Below, in pieces: positions 21,193 to 30,486 of a stretch of 64,000 nt of DNA. Numbering within the stretch: the stretch's first letter is position 1; every line of letters begins with the position of its first letter. Source of the DNA: Prochlorococcus sp. AG-409-B05 (lineage in GTDB: Bacteria > Cyanobacteriota > Cyanobacteriia > PCC-6307 > Cyanobiaceae); contig QCJK01000004.1 in assembly GCA_003216075.1 (NCBI GenBank), positions 63,837 to 127,836 on the forward strand, in the 5' to 3' direction. The notes beneath the pieces are model-generated. The model did no database searches and was not told the origin of the DNA. It saw nothing but the letters and a program-made list of their open reading frames with translations. The position numbers and the translations under genes were made by a program.

Positions 21193-21669
21193 ATGAACCA
21201 TTGCATTCTTGAAGTTGAGGTCAAAAAAGCTCCAACGGTTCGATACACACAAGACAACAAGACCCCCATTGCTGAAATGGAAGTTTTCTTTGATGGCCTC
21301 CGAGCAGATGACGAACGTGGGGAGATAAGAGTCATTGGATGGGGAAACATGGCTCAAGAACTTCAAAATCAAATTGAAATTGGACAAAGACTTGTTCTAG
21401 AAGGTCGTTTGAGAATGAATACAACCTCTCGTCAAGATGGCACTAAAGAAAAAAAAGCTGAATTGACTCTTTCCCGTTTTCACCTGATTACTCAGAAAGC
21501 CCATCAAGCCAATTCAAGTCGAGGTTCTTCTTCAAATAATGCACCTCAAAACAATTTGAGCCAACCCTCTAGCAATTCAAAAGCATCTCCTAAGGATCAA
21601 GAGCAACCACAAAATGTCTCCTGGGACAGTTCTCCTCTTGTTCCTGATACTGATGATATTCCCTTCTAA
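21193..21669 (+). CDS. ssb: Single-stranded DNA-binding protein
   Basis: OB-fold N-terminus (EVEVKKAPTVRYTQDNKTPIAEMEV...LEGRLRMN), a low-complexity S/N/Q/P linker and the acidic tip DTDDIPF. Confidence 0.9.
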   Translation: MNHCILEVEVKKAPTVRYTQDNKTPIAEMEVFFDGLRADDERGEIRVIGWGNMAQELQNQIEIGQRLVLEGRLRMNTTSRQDGTKEKKAELTLSRFHLITQKAHQANSSRGSSSNNAPQNNLSQPSSNSKASPKDQEQPQNVSWDSSPLVPDTDDIPF

Positions 21670-21688
21670 AATTTCTAAAGATTTCAGC

Positions 21689-21874
21689 CTATCCTTGAAC
21701 TTTCTCGGAAGCCCTGGTTAAGAGCTGTCCCATTTCCCTTTCTAAGGCCGCTAAATCCAATCGGAGTTCAGGCCATTTTCCCCTGTCAAGCTGTTCTAGC
21801 AACCAAGCCCTATCTTGATTCAATAGGGATATAAGCTCCAAAACATCACTATCTCCGTGATCAGAAACGGTCAT
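21689..21874 (-). CDS. Hypothetical small protein (61 aa)
   Basis: ORF only. Helical, charged composition in a tight spacer between ssb and the next gene. Confidence 0.35.
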   Translation of the reverse strand: MTVSDHGDSDVLELISLLNQDRAWLLEQLDRGKWPELRLDLAALEREMGQLLTRASEKVQG

Positions 21875-21924
21875 AGGTCTTTCTTTAAAACCATCATGGT
21901 CTCTAGGCTATCCAAATTACTCTC

Positions 21925-22479
21925 ATGAAAGATCTTTTCTCCCCAGCTAATTTAGTTACTGTTGCCGGAGCAGTCCTAACTGTCATAGGAGGATATGCGT
22001 ACGTTACCGGTGCTGCCAACCTAAGTGTGCCAACTTTATTTTATGGCTTCCCAATTTTTCTTGCCGGTCTAGCCTTAAAGACTACTGAACTTCCACCCGC
22101 AAAGAGAATATTAAAAGCATCTTCACTAACCATTCCAAAAGAAAAGCGCTCCCCAGAACTTACAAAATTAGTAGGTGATGTAACTAGATGGAAGTATGGA
22201 CAAAATGCACATCTTGAATCATCTCTAAAAGTGCTCAACCTTTGGGACGATGCAAACCCTCCCCAACTAATAGAAATTGAAGATATGGAAACTTATGAAG
22301 GACATGGAGTCCGCTTAAGGTTTGAAATGAAAGGGGTATCTTTTGATCGTTGGCAAGAAAAACAAGAACGCTTAGGAAGGTTCTTTGCAAAAGGATTAGA
22401 GGCCAAGTTAAGTTCTCCTGTAGAAGGAGAAGTTGACTTGATGATCACTCCAAAACCAACTGAAGATAAGACAACATAA
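21925..22479 (+). CDS. Hypothetical membrane protein (two N-terminal TM helices plus a soluble C-terminal domain)
   Basis: TM segments LVTVAGAVLTVIGGYAYV and LFYGFPIFLAGLAL. No catalytic motif recognised. Confidence 0.6.
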   Translation: MKDLFSPANLVTVAGAVLTVIGGYAYVTGAANLSVPTLFYGFPIFLAGLALKTTELPPAKRILKASSLTIPKEKRSPELTKLVGDVTRWKYGQNAHLESSLKVLNLWDDANPPQLIEIEDMETYEGHGVRLRFEMKGVSFDRWQEKQERLGRFFAKGLEAKLSSPVEGEVDLMITPKPTEDKTT

Positions 22480-22485
22480 CTCAAC

Positions 22486-23406
22486 ATGAAATATGCAAAA
22501 GCCAATTCAAATATGGAAGCTTCATCATGGAATCAATCGGAACAATCTCATGCTGAGGATGCTGCCCTCAGGGTTTCAGTTCTTAGTGAAGCCCTTCCGT
22601 ATATTCAGCGTTTTGCAGGTCGGCGCATAGTCATAAAATATGGAGGCGCTGCAATGGCGCACGAAAATCTTAAAGAAGCTGTATATAGAGATATCGCTCT
22701 TTTATCTAGCGTAGGAGTCCAACCAGTCATCATCCATGGAGGAGGTCCAGAAATAAATCAATGGCTTAAAAGGCTTGGAATAACTGCTGAGTTCCGAGAC
22801 GGATTACGTGTCACAGACTCTCAAACAATGGATGTTGTTGAAATGGTTCTAATTGGACGCGTAAACAAACAAATTGTCAATGGATTGAACCAGCTTGGTG
22901 CCTTGGCCGTTGGACTTAGTGGGATTGATGGAAGCTTGGTTGAATCACGTCCTTGGGGCGATGGTAGTCACGGGCTTGTTGGAGATGTCGCCAAAGTCAA
23001 CCCAGATGTAATAGAACCCCTTCTTGCTAAAGGATATGTACCTGTCATCTCCAGTGTCGCAGCTACTAATGAAGGACAATCCCACAATATCAATGCAGAC
23101 ACTGTTGCTGGAGAAATAGCTGCTGCCCTTGGAGCAGAAAAACTAATCCTCATAACGGATACCCCAGGAATTCTTAAGAACAAAAACGACCAAACTTCGC
23201 TAATCAAGCAAATACGTCTTTTGGAAGCCCGTAAACTCATTCAAGATGGGTTAGTGGATGGAGGAATGACACCTAAAACTGAATGCTGTATAAGAGCTTT
23301 AGCTCAAGGAGTTTCCGCAGCGCACATAATTGATGGAAGAGTGCCCCATGCCCTTCTTTTAGAGGTTTTTACTGACTCTGGGATAGGAACAATGGTCATT
23401 GGCTGA
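22486..23406 (+). CDS. argB: N-acetylglutamate kinase
   Basis: [33 protein letters not shown] and [10 protein letters not shown] motifs. Confidence 0.95.
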   Translation: MKYAKANSNMEASSWNQSEQSHAEDAALRVSVLSEALPYIQRFAGRRIVIKYGGAAMAHENLKEAVYRDIALLSSVGVQPVIIHGGGPEINQWLKRLGITAEFRDGLRVTDSQTMDVVEMVLIGRVNKQIVNGLNQLGALAVGLSGIDGSLVESRPWGDGSHGLVGDVAKVNPDVIEPLLAKGYVPVISSVAATNEGQSHNINADTVAGEIAAALGAEKLILITDTPGILKNKNDQTSLIKQIRLLEARKLIQDGLVDGGMTPKTECCIRALAQGVSAAHIIDGRVPHALLLEVFTDSGIGTMVIG

Positions 23407-24514
23407 GAAAAACATGTTCTCAGCCCTTTCACTGGCGGAAGCAGCTATAGCAAGAGGGGATTATGACCAATGTTTGGAAATACTCCTACCTCTAGCAGAG
23501 AAAAACTCTTTAGCAGAATTAAATGGGCCAACCATAAGAATGCTTATGGTAACTGCCTATATGGGAAAAGGTGACGAGTCCAAAGCTATTTCGACATGTC
23601 GACTACTAACTAAATCAAAAAATCCAGAGATCAGGCAACAAGCAAAACAATTGCTAGCAATATTAGAAGCACCAAGCTTACAACGACCAGAAAATTGGTC
23701 TGTACGACTTCCTGATTTAGAATTAACTTCATTATCCACTAAAAGTTTTAATCACAACAAAAAGAAATCAACACAAAAAAAATCACAATCAGTAGCTCTT
23801 CCTCCTACAGGAGAAACAAAGGCACTTGGGATAGGATTCTCAACATTAGTTTTAGCTGTACTTATAGGCATAACAATACTTCTAAGTGGATGCGTTCACA
23901 TGACAGCAGAAATTGGCCTTCCTGAAGCAAACAAAGTAAACATTAAATGGGAATTAAAAAGTCTTAGCTCAAAACTTTTACCATGGCAAGTTGCGCTTGA
24001 AGATTCACTTAGAACAATTACCCCAAAACTAAATATTACAAGTAACTCTTTAGGGGAACAAACAATCAAGTCAGTAACACTTAATACTAAAGAAGCTAAG
24101 TTGATTTTCGAAGAAGCTTTTTCCAATGCAGCGAATTTAGCAGGAATTGATATTCTTAAGACACAACTAATAATTAATGAAAAGAATTTTCTTATAGGAG
24201 TAAAACAGTACCTTACCCTTACCATTGATCTAAGAAGGATACCAAATGTACCAGGTCTGAAACTTTCAATCTTGATAAATCCTTCCCCAAACGAAAAAAC
24301 AGTAAATAGCTCACCATTAAGCACTTCAAATAGTGACTCAAATCTAAGTTGGAAATTAAAACAAGGGGAAATAAATTATTTGAATTTTAATTCATGGCGT
24401 TGGAGTCGATTAGGAGTAGGAACTATCTTAGTAATTTCTTTATCTATAATGACTACTTATTTACAACGAATTCGATTGATGATGGGCTTTGGTTTTCCTG
24501 AACTTCCTCCCTAG
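23399..24514 (+). CDS. Hypothetical membrane protein with a TPR-like N-terminus
   Basis: Helical-repeat N-terminus, a basic K-rich linker, a TM helix ([20 protein letters not shown]), a large Ser/Asn/Lys-rich domain and a C-terminal TM helix. Overlaps the argB stop by 8 nt (TTG start; alternative ATG at 23414). Confidence 0.6.
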   Translation: MAEKNMFSALSLAEAAIARGDYDQCLEILLPLAEKNSLAELNGPTIRMLMVTAYMGKGDESKAISTCRLLTKSKNPEIRQQAKQLLAILEAPSLQRPENWSVRLPDLELTSLSTKSFNHNKKKSTQKKSQSVALPPTGETKALGIGFSTLVLAVLIGITILLSGCVHMTAEIGLPEANKVNIKWELKSLSSKLLPWQVALEDSLRTITPKLNITSNSLGEQTIKSVTLNTKEAKLIFEEAFSNAANLAGIDILKTQLIINEKNFLIGVKQYLTLTIDLRRIPNVPGLKLSILINPSPNEKTVNSSPLSTSNSDSNLSWKLKQGEINYLNFNSWRWSRLGVGTILVISLSIMTTYLQRIRLMMGFGFPELPP

Positions 24515-24542
24515 ATATAAAGTTCTACTTAGCAAAAACCTA

Positions 24543-26831
24543 TTAAAGTTGAATAGGGTCTGGATCAATGGAAAGAGAAATGCCTTTAGGTAATCCATTC
24601 CACAAAATTGCACCCTCGGGTAAAGGCAAATCACTCGCTTCAGGACCATGCAGCAATAACTGCCAACGACTTTTACCTGCGACCTTTGCAATCATTGCTG
24701 GTGCGGGGCCAATTAATTGCCAACCATAAGAATCGCAAAGTGGTCTGATCTGTTCAGCCACAGAAGCAGCAGCTGTAGCCGTCATCGCAGCAGAATATCC
24801 AGAAAAACGCAGCAAGCATGCTCTACAAAAAGGTACCAAGCCTCCTTCTTTTCTGACAATTAATTCCTGCTTCAAGAACTCCTCATAGCATCCGTCTACA
24901 AAATGTGAGATGACAGGATGTTCTGGGCAATATGTCTGCACTAAAACCTTTCCAGGGAGCTCCCCCCGCCCAGCCCTACCTCCCAATTGCATAAACAACT
25001 GAAGACATTGTTCCTCAGCCTGCAAGTCAGGACGATGCAATAGCCCATCAGCAGCAAGAACAATAGCCAGCGTCACCCTGGGTAAATCCATTCCTTTAGA
25101 AAGCATTTGTGTTCCGATAAGGACATCAGCTTCCCCAGAGGCAAATTGTTCCAGCAGTCTCCTATGGCCATCCCTCCCACCAGTGGTATCTCGGTCAAAT
25201 CTCAAGAACCGCAAACCTTCAAGTTCTTTAGCCAGGTGCTCCATCACCCGTTGTGTTCCGGCTCCAAAAGGCTTGAACGCAGTTGAACCACATTCACCAC
25301 AATTTGATTGAATAGTTGCTCGATGGTCACACCAATGGCAACGCAGCCATTGAGATCCCTGTTGACCTCGATGTACTGTCAATGCAACATCACAATGAGG
25401 GCATTGAACAACCGCACCACAACTACGGCAGCTTAAAAAGCTGCTATACCCTCTTCGTGGAACCAAAATGACACCCTGCTCACCTGATCCAGGTAATGCA
25501 GCCAATCTCTCCATGACTGGACGGCTTATTAGTCGGCGATGACCTTCAGCTAATTCCTGTCGCATATCAACTACATGAACCAAAGGTAAAGGGCGATTAG
25601 CAATTCGACGAGTTAATCGAGTCAAGGCAATAGAGCCATTAGGAACAATTGATTTCCAAGTAAATAAAGAAGGCGTTGCAGTACCCAAAACAACTTTCAC
25701 CCCATGTCTTTTAGCTCTGTCCAGTGCTAGCTCCCTTGCGTGATAACAGGGCATTGGAGACTCTTGCTTATAAGAACTGTCGTGTTCTTCATCCAGAACT
25801 ATCAATCCCAAAGGTGATAAAGGCAGGAAAATTGCCGAACGGGTTCCAACTACCACTAAAGGACTTTCAGATCGAAGTCCTCTTAACCAAGTACGTACAC
25901 GTTCTCTCTGAGAACAGCCACTATGATATTCCATTACTTTTAACCCAAAACGCTTTCTACACCTATCAACTAGCTGCGGTATCAAACCAATTTCTGGAGT
26001 AAGGATCAAGCAATGTCGACCTGCATCCAACTCCTTTGCAACAATCTGAAGATAAACCTCTGTCTTCCCTGAGCCTGTAACTCCCCAAAGCAAAAGGGCT
26101 TCTCCAGGTGGTTGAGCCTCAAAAGTCTGAATAGCTATCTTCTGTTCATCAGTAAGTGGCCGAGGTTCTTCCAAAAGATCTTTATCCTCTAAACCATTCG
26201 AACCTTCTTCACCTTTTTCATGGTCAACCATACGCTTACAACGACTTGCCCTCTCATTGGAAACAAAAGCTTTCAAAACTGCTAGTGAAAATCCCTCAGA
26301 TAAAAGATCCTTTTGCCATGCACCCCCTCCTCTACAAATCAAATAGTCCTCTAATTCCTTTTGCCTTTTAGGAAGAACTTTCGCTTCAAATGGAACATTT
26401 ACCAATTGAACCCACCAAAGTTTTCTTGGCTGAGTATCACTGAATCGACTTGCATTAAGCCATCCAGGAGGCAATGCTGCTTTCAACATTTTTATAGGAC
26501 TTACATAACAACGAGAAGCCACAGCTTCTAACCATTCTCTCCAATAAGGATCAATTGCAGAGGATTGAATTAGACTCTCGACCTGATTTAAAGGTCGTTG
26601 CTTAGTTGTATTTGCAGATTTTTCTTGAGAGGAATATTTAATAAATGTACGAATAGCTACAACCACACCATGAATGAGCCTTCCTCTTAACCGAATGGAC
26701 ACCAGATCACCTAGTCCCACACCCAATCGACGGGAATCTAAATATGTAAAGCACCTGCTCTCATGGCCAATCTCCAGCAAAACATCTACCTCATTTAGAG
26801 GGCTACCCAGATCAGGACTTGCAGAGGTCAC
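24543..26831 (-). CDS. priA: Primosomal protein N' (replication-restart helicase PriA)
   Basis: Walker A GVTGSGKTEVY, DEEHD box, Cys-rich zinc-binding insert (CRSCGAVVQCPHCD...CHWCDH...CGECGS) and helicase C-terminal motifs. GTG start. Confidence 0.95.
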   Translation of the reverse strand: MTSASPDLGSPLNEVDVLLEIGHESRCFTYLDSRRLGVGLGDLVSIRLRGRLIHGVVVAIRTFIKYSSQEKSANTTKQRPLNQVESLIQSSAIDPYWREWLEAVASRCYVSPIKMLKAALPPGWLNASRFSDTQPRKLWWVQLVNVPFEAKVLPKRQKELEDYLICRGGGAWQKDLLSEGFSLAVLKAFVSNERASRCKRMVDHEKGEEGSNGLEDKDLLEEPRPLTDEQKIAIQTFEAQPPGEALLLWGVTGSGKTEVYLQIVAKELDAGRHCLILTPEIGLIPQLVDRCRKRFGLKVMEYHSGCSQRERVRTWLRGLRSESPLVVVGTRSAIFLPLSPLGLIVLDEEHDSSYKQESPMPCYHARELALDRAKRHGVKVVLGTATPSLFTWKSIVPNGSIALTRLTRRIANRPLPLVHVVDMRQELAEGHRRLISRPVMERLAALPGSGEQGVILVPRRGYSSFLSCRSCGAVVQCPHCDVALTVHRGQQGSQWLRCHWCDHRATIQSNCGECGSTAFKPFGAGTQRVMEHLAKELEGLRFLRFDRDTTGGRDGHRRLLEQFASGEADVLIGTQMLSKGMDLPRVTLAIVLAADGLLHRPDLQAEEQCLQLFMQLGGRAGRGELPGKVLVQTYCPEHPVISHFVDGCYEEFLKQELIVRKEGGLVPFCRACLLRFSGYSAAMTATAAASVAEQIRPLCDSYGWQLIGPAPAMIAKVAGKSRWQLLLHGPEASDLPLPEGAILWNGLPKGISLSIDPDPIQL

Positions 26832-27001
26832 AAGTTTTTTTTAAGATTGAATTGTTGGACAGCCTTAAAGCTGTTGTCGGAACCAAGCAGAGTTCCGTCC
26901 AGTGGGAAGACACGAAGCACGATCAAATTGGGAACCACCCAATTAAAGGTCCGCCGGTCTGAGAAAGCCCCTGACACACCTGCCACGATCCACGCATACA
27001 T
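26828..27001 (-). CDS. Candidate 57-codon ORF immediately upstream of and overlapping priA (alternatively a structured RNA)
   Basis: My manual translation is MYAWIVAGVSGAFSDRRTFNWVVPNLIVLRVFPLDGTLLGSDNSFKAVQQFNLKKNL. Its TGA overlaps the priA GTG start (GTGA). It is below the 60-aa ORF-track cutoff. The region is about 55% G+C by hand count. No homology known to me. Confidence 0.3.
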   Translation of the reverse strand: MYAWIVAGVSGAFSDRRTFNWVVPNLIVLRVFPLDGTLLGSDNSFKAVQQFNLKKNL

Positions 27002-27208
27002 CAGTTTTAGGTTCTAAACCAAATCAACGCAGCACCCTTTACCTAAAATAAGCATGGTTTTATTACTTTCATGGGGGAAGTAACAGCAACTGCTTTATTA
27101 GGGATAAACATATATTTCTGTGTTGAAGATCTGATGTGATGTTATCTAAATATCGTTTCGCTGAAACGTTTTTATTAGCCAGCCCCTTTTTTGTTCGCGT
27201 GTACCGTC

Positions 27209-28495
27209 ATGAGCTCTGCTGCAACCAAAGCAACGAAATCAGCTACCATCCCCAAAACTATTGAACCAAAAAGGAAAGTCAAAACCAAAACCGTTAAAGC
27301 CGCCACTGCGAAAACAAAGCCTGTTAAAAAATCAACCAGAAAAACTTCAAAGAGCTCCAAACCAAAAGCACAAGCTATTACCGCTCAAAATAAAACCTTA
27401 GATGCTGCAGCTGATGAGCTACTAAATGCAGCTGCTCAAGAAGTAACAAAATCTGAGGATGATATATCCCAATCATTTGCAAGTTCTACTGATGAACAAG
27501 ATGCACGAGCAAAAGCTCTAGCAAGTATCAAAATTGGTCCAAAAGGAGTTTATACAGAAGATTCCATCAGGGTTTATCTCCAAGAAATAGGACGAATACG
27601 TCTTCTTCGACCTGACGAAGAAATTGAGCTGGCACGCAAAATTGCTGACTTACTTCATCTAGAAGAGCAAGCTGCTCAGTTTGAAAGCGAAAATGGTCAC
27701 TATCCCTCAACAAAAGAATGGGCAGTTCTTATAGGGACACCACATACAAAATTCCGTAGGCGTTTAATGCTTGGACGCAGAGCTAAAGAAAAAATGGTTC
27801 AATCGAACCTACGACTGGTGGTTTCTATCGCAAAGAAATACATGAATAGAGGACTCTCTTTTCAAGATTTGATTCAAGAGGGCAGCCTTGGTCTGATTCG
27901 AGCCGCAGAAAAATTTGATCATGAAAAAGGTTACAAATTCTCTACATATGCAACATGGTGGATTCGTCAAGCAATCACTAGGGCAATCGCAGATCAAAGT
28001 CGCACTATTCGACTTCCTGTTCATCTATATGAAACAATTTCACGCATAAAGAAAACAACAAAAGTTCTTAGCCAAGAGTTTGGAAGAAAACCAACAGAAG
28101 AAGAAATTGCAGAGAGTATGGAAATGACAATTGAAAAGCTGAGGTTTATAGCCAAGAGTGCACAATTACCTATTTCACTGGAAACTCCTATTGGCAAAGA
28201 AGAAGATTCAAGATTAGGTGATTTCATTGAAGCTGATATTGAAAATCCTGAACAGGATGTTGCCAAAAACCTGCTAAGAGAGGATTTAGAAGGCGTTCTT
28301 GCTACTCTTAGCCCTAGAGAGAGAGATGTTTTGCGACTTCGCTATGGACTGGATGATGGTCGAATGAAAACTTTAGAAGAAATTGGACAAATTTTTGATG
28401 TCACAAGAGAAAGAATCAGACAAATAGAAGCAAAGGCACTTAGGAAGCTTCGCCATCCCAATAGGAATGGTGTTCTTAAGGAATACATAAAATAA
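27209..28495 (+). CDS. rpoD: Primary (group 1) RNA polymerase sigma factor
   Basis: Lys/Ala/Thr-rich N-terminus, then regions 1.2-4.2: [23 protein letters not shown], the RpoD box [34 protein letters not shown] and [28 protein letters not shown]. Start set at ATG 27209. Confidence 0.95.
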   Translation: MSSAATKATKSATIPKTIEPKRKVKTKTVKAATAKTKPVKKSTRKTSKSSKPKAQAITAQNKTLDAAADELLNAAAQEVTKSEDDISQSFASSTDEQDARAKALASIKIGPKGVYTEDSIRVYLQEIGRIRLLRPDEEIELARKIADLLHLEEQAAQFESENGHYPSTKEWAVLIGTPHTKFRRRLMLGRRAKEKMVQSNLRLVVSIAKKYMNRGLSFQDLIQEGSLGLIRAAEKFDHEKGYKFSTYATWWIRQAITRAIADQSRTIRLPVHLYETISRIKKTTKVLSQEFGRKPTEEEIAESMEMTIEKLRFIAKSAQLPISLETPIGKEEDSRLGDFIEADIENPEQDVAKNLLREDLEGVLATLSPRERDVLRLRYGLDDGRMKTLEEIGQIFDVTRERIRQIEAKALRKLRHPNRNGVLKEYIK

Positions 28496-28806
28496 GCTAG
28501 TAATTCAATAACTTAACAATCTAAATATATTAGTTAATTTCAATCTGGAATTTATAACCAATAATACTAATATTAGTGATTAGGCCTTATTAAACTGCGG
28601 TTTTTCCAAATAGAAATAGAACATAAAGTTTAATTTAAATCATTACAGATCTTAAATTAAACTTCTTATTTAATGCCTGCTATGAACATGCCATAAAAGG
28701 CGTAAGCAACCTATGACACTAATCAACAAAACAATAACGAGATGTCAGAGATGACAAAGATAGAGGGGGCGACTGAATTAATGTAAAGAGGTGCTATCAA
28801 TTGTCC

Positions 28807-29760
28807 ATGTCTATCGACCTCGACCATCTGCGCATCGCCTCTCGCCGAAGCCAGTTGGCCATGGTCCAAACCAACTGGGTCAAGCAAGAGCTTCAAAGGC
28901 TCCATCCTGGCTTAACAATTTCAGTTGAGGCCATGGCTACTCAAGGAGACAAAATCCTTGATGTTGCTTTAGCCAAAATTGGAGACAAAGGCCTCTTCAC
29001 AAAAGAACTCGAAGCACAGATGCTTATAGGTAGAGCAGAAATAGCAGTGCATTCTTTAAAGGACCTTCCCACACAGCTCCCTGAAGGTCTGACCCTAGGT
29101 TGCATCACTAAACGCGAAGATCCTTCCGATGCTTTAGTCGTAAACACAAAAAACTCTGTTTACAAACTTGAATCATTGCCTAAAGGATCAGTAATAGGGA
29201 CAAGCTCACTAAGAAGACTTGCCCAACTTCGACATAGCTACCCTCATCTGGAATTTAAAGACGTAAGAGGAAATGTCCTTACCCGATTAGAGAAACTAGA
29301 TGCCGGCGAATATGACTGTTTGATTTTGGCTGCAGCTGGGTTAACAAGACTCGGGTTTGGTGACCGAATACATCAACTGATTCCCAGCAAAATATCTCTT
29401 CATGCTGTTGGTCAAGGAGCTCTTGGCATTGAATGCGTAGATGGGAACCCTGAAGTCTTAAAGGTAATCAAATCATTAGAAGACAAAGAGACTTCTCAAA
29501 GATGTCTTGCAGAACGAGCCCTCTTAAGAGAACTTGAAGGAGGCTGCCAAGTACCAATTGGCGTAAATAGCGAAGTAAATGGGACGAAATTGACTCTTAT
29601 TGGAATGGTTGCAAGTCTTGATGGGAAGCAGTTGGTTCGTGATGAAAAAGTTGGTTCAATTGAAGACCCTGAATCTATAGGCATCTCACTAGCTAATGAG
29701 CTCAAATCACAGGGCGCCCATCAAATATTACAAGAAATCTTTGAAACAATGCGACAATAG
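28807..29760 (+). CDS. hemC: Porphobilinogen deaminase (hydroxymethylbilane synthase)
   Basis: [43 protein letters not shown] and the C-terminal cofactor Cys context EGGCQVPIG. Confidence 0.95.
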   Translation: MSIDLDHLRIASRRSQLAMVQTNWVKQELQRLHPGLTISVEAMATQGDKILDVALAKIGDKGLFTKELEAQMLIGRAEIAVHSLKDLPTQLPEGLTLGCITKREDPSDALVVNTKNSVYKLESLPKGSVIGTSSLRRLAQLRHSYPHLEFKDVRGNVLTRLEKLDAGEYDCLILAAAGLTRLGFGDRIHQLIPSKISLHAVGQGALGIECVDGNPEVLKVIKSLEDKETSQRCLAERALLRELEGGCQVPIGVNSEVNGTKLTLIGMVASLDGKQLVRDEKVGSIEDPESIGISLANELKSQGAHQILQEIFETMRQ

Positions 29761-29873
29761 AAATAACAACCTTTTTCTGACAAAGAACAAATATAAATTA
29801 CAATTAAATCAGAAATTAAGTTCTAATTCATTGAACAAAGTCAACAGTAAATAATCCTACTTCAGCAAACCAC

Positions 29874-30461
29874 TTAAGCAATAAGCTTGGGTTCAATAAT
29901 AGAAGAATATCTTGCCTCACAACTCTTGATTATTTCAATTGCTTTTTCTACTCCAAAGAAGCCATTGACACTACAGCTTCCGGGCTTTTTAAGATCTTTA
30001 TAATGTTCCCAATAATAAGTTGTTTCTTTGATCCAGTGCTCACCAAGTTGGTCATAACTAATGATGTGGTCAACACGCTTGTCATCAGCAATAACACCAA
30101 TCACCTTGTCATCAACTTCTCCACCATCATCAAAAGTCATGATACCAATTATTCTCGCCTCAACAATTGAACCAGGTATTAAAGGCTCAGTTACGCCCAC
30201 AATCTCTATATCCAAAGGGTCACCATCTTCATCCCAGGTTCGAGGAATACATCCATATGCAAATGGATACGCCAACGATGAATATCCAACACGATCAAGC
30301 TTTAAGTGACCTGTTTCAGTAATTAATTCGTACTTATTAATGGTTTGAGAATTCAATTCAATAATCGTGTTTAATCTCAAACCATCTTCATCAGCAAATG
30401 CTGGTAAGACATGTAAGAGATTGGGCATACTTAGACTTGGAGCTTGGTCAATGTTTGCCAT
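29874..30461 (-). CDS. Second, divergent family I inorganic pyrophosphatase paralog
   Basis: INKYE, LDRVGYSSLAYPFAYGCIPRT, DGDPLDIEIV and DDGGEVDDKVIGV retain the PPase acidic active-site pattern. Start set at ATG 30461, which avoids overlap with the upstream gene. Confidence 0.75.
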   Translation of the reverse strand: MANIDQAPSLSMPNLLHVLPAFADEDGLRLNTIIELNSQTINKYELITETGHLKLDRVGYSSLAYPFAYGCIPRTWDEDGDPLDIEIVGVTEPLIPGSIVEARIIGIMTFDDGGEVDDKVIGVIADDKRVDHIISYDQLGEHWIKETTYYWEHYKDLKKPGSCSVNGFFGVEKAIEIIKSCEARYSSIIEPKLIA

Positions 30462-30486
30462 GAGATGAAAGATTCCTCTATTTGTC

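Noticed and set aside
21175-21387. 70-aa minus-strand ORF abutting cobK.
   Set aside because: It is antisense to the 5' half of the strongly supported ssb gene.
26865-27000. Tried to identify the G+C-rich priA/rpoD island as a known RNA: SRP (4.5S) RNA, cobalamin riboswitch, glutamine (glnA) riboswitch, 6S RNA or tRNA-like.
   Set aside because: The candidate apical hairpin (GUCC-AGUG-GGAAGAC) lacks the invariant SRP domain IV loops (GGAA tetraloop, AGCA/CAGG symmetric loop). The B12-box-like string CCTGCC and the GGGAA elements are in the wrong order for a cobalamin riboswitch. Only GGACGGAA resembles the glutamine riboswitch core. No long closing stem exists for 6S. Identity is left open.
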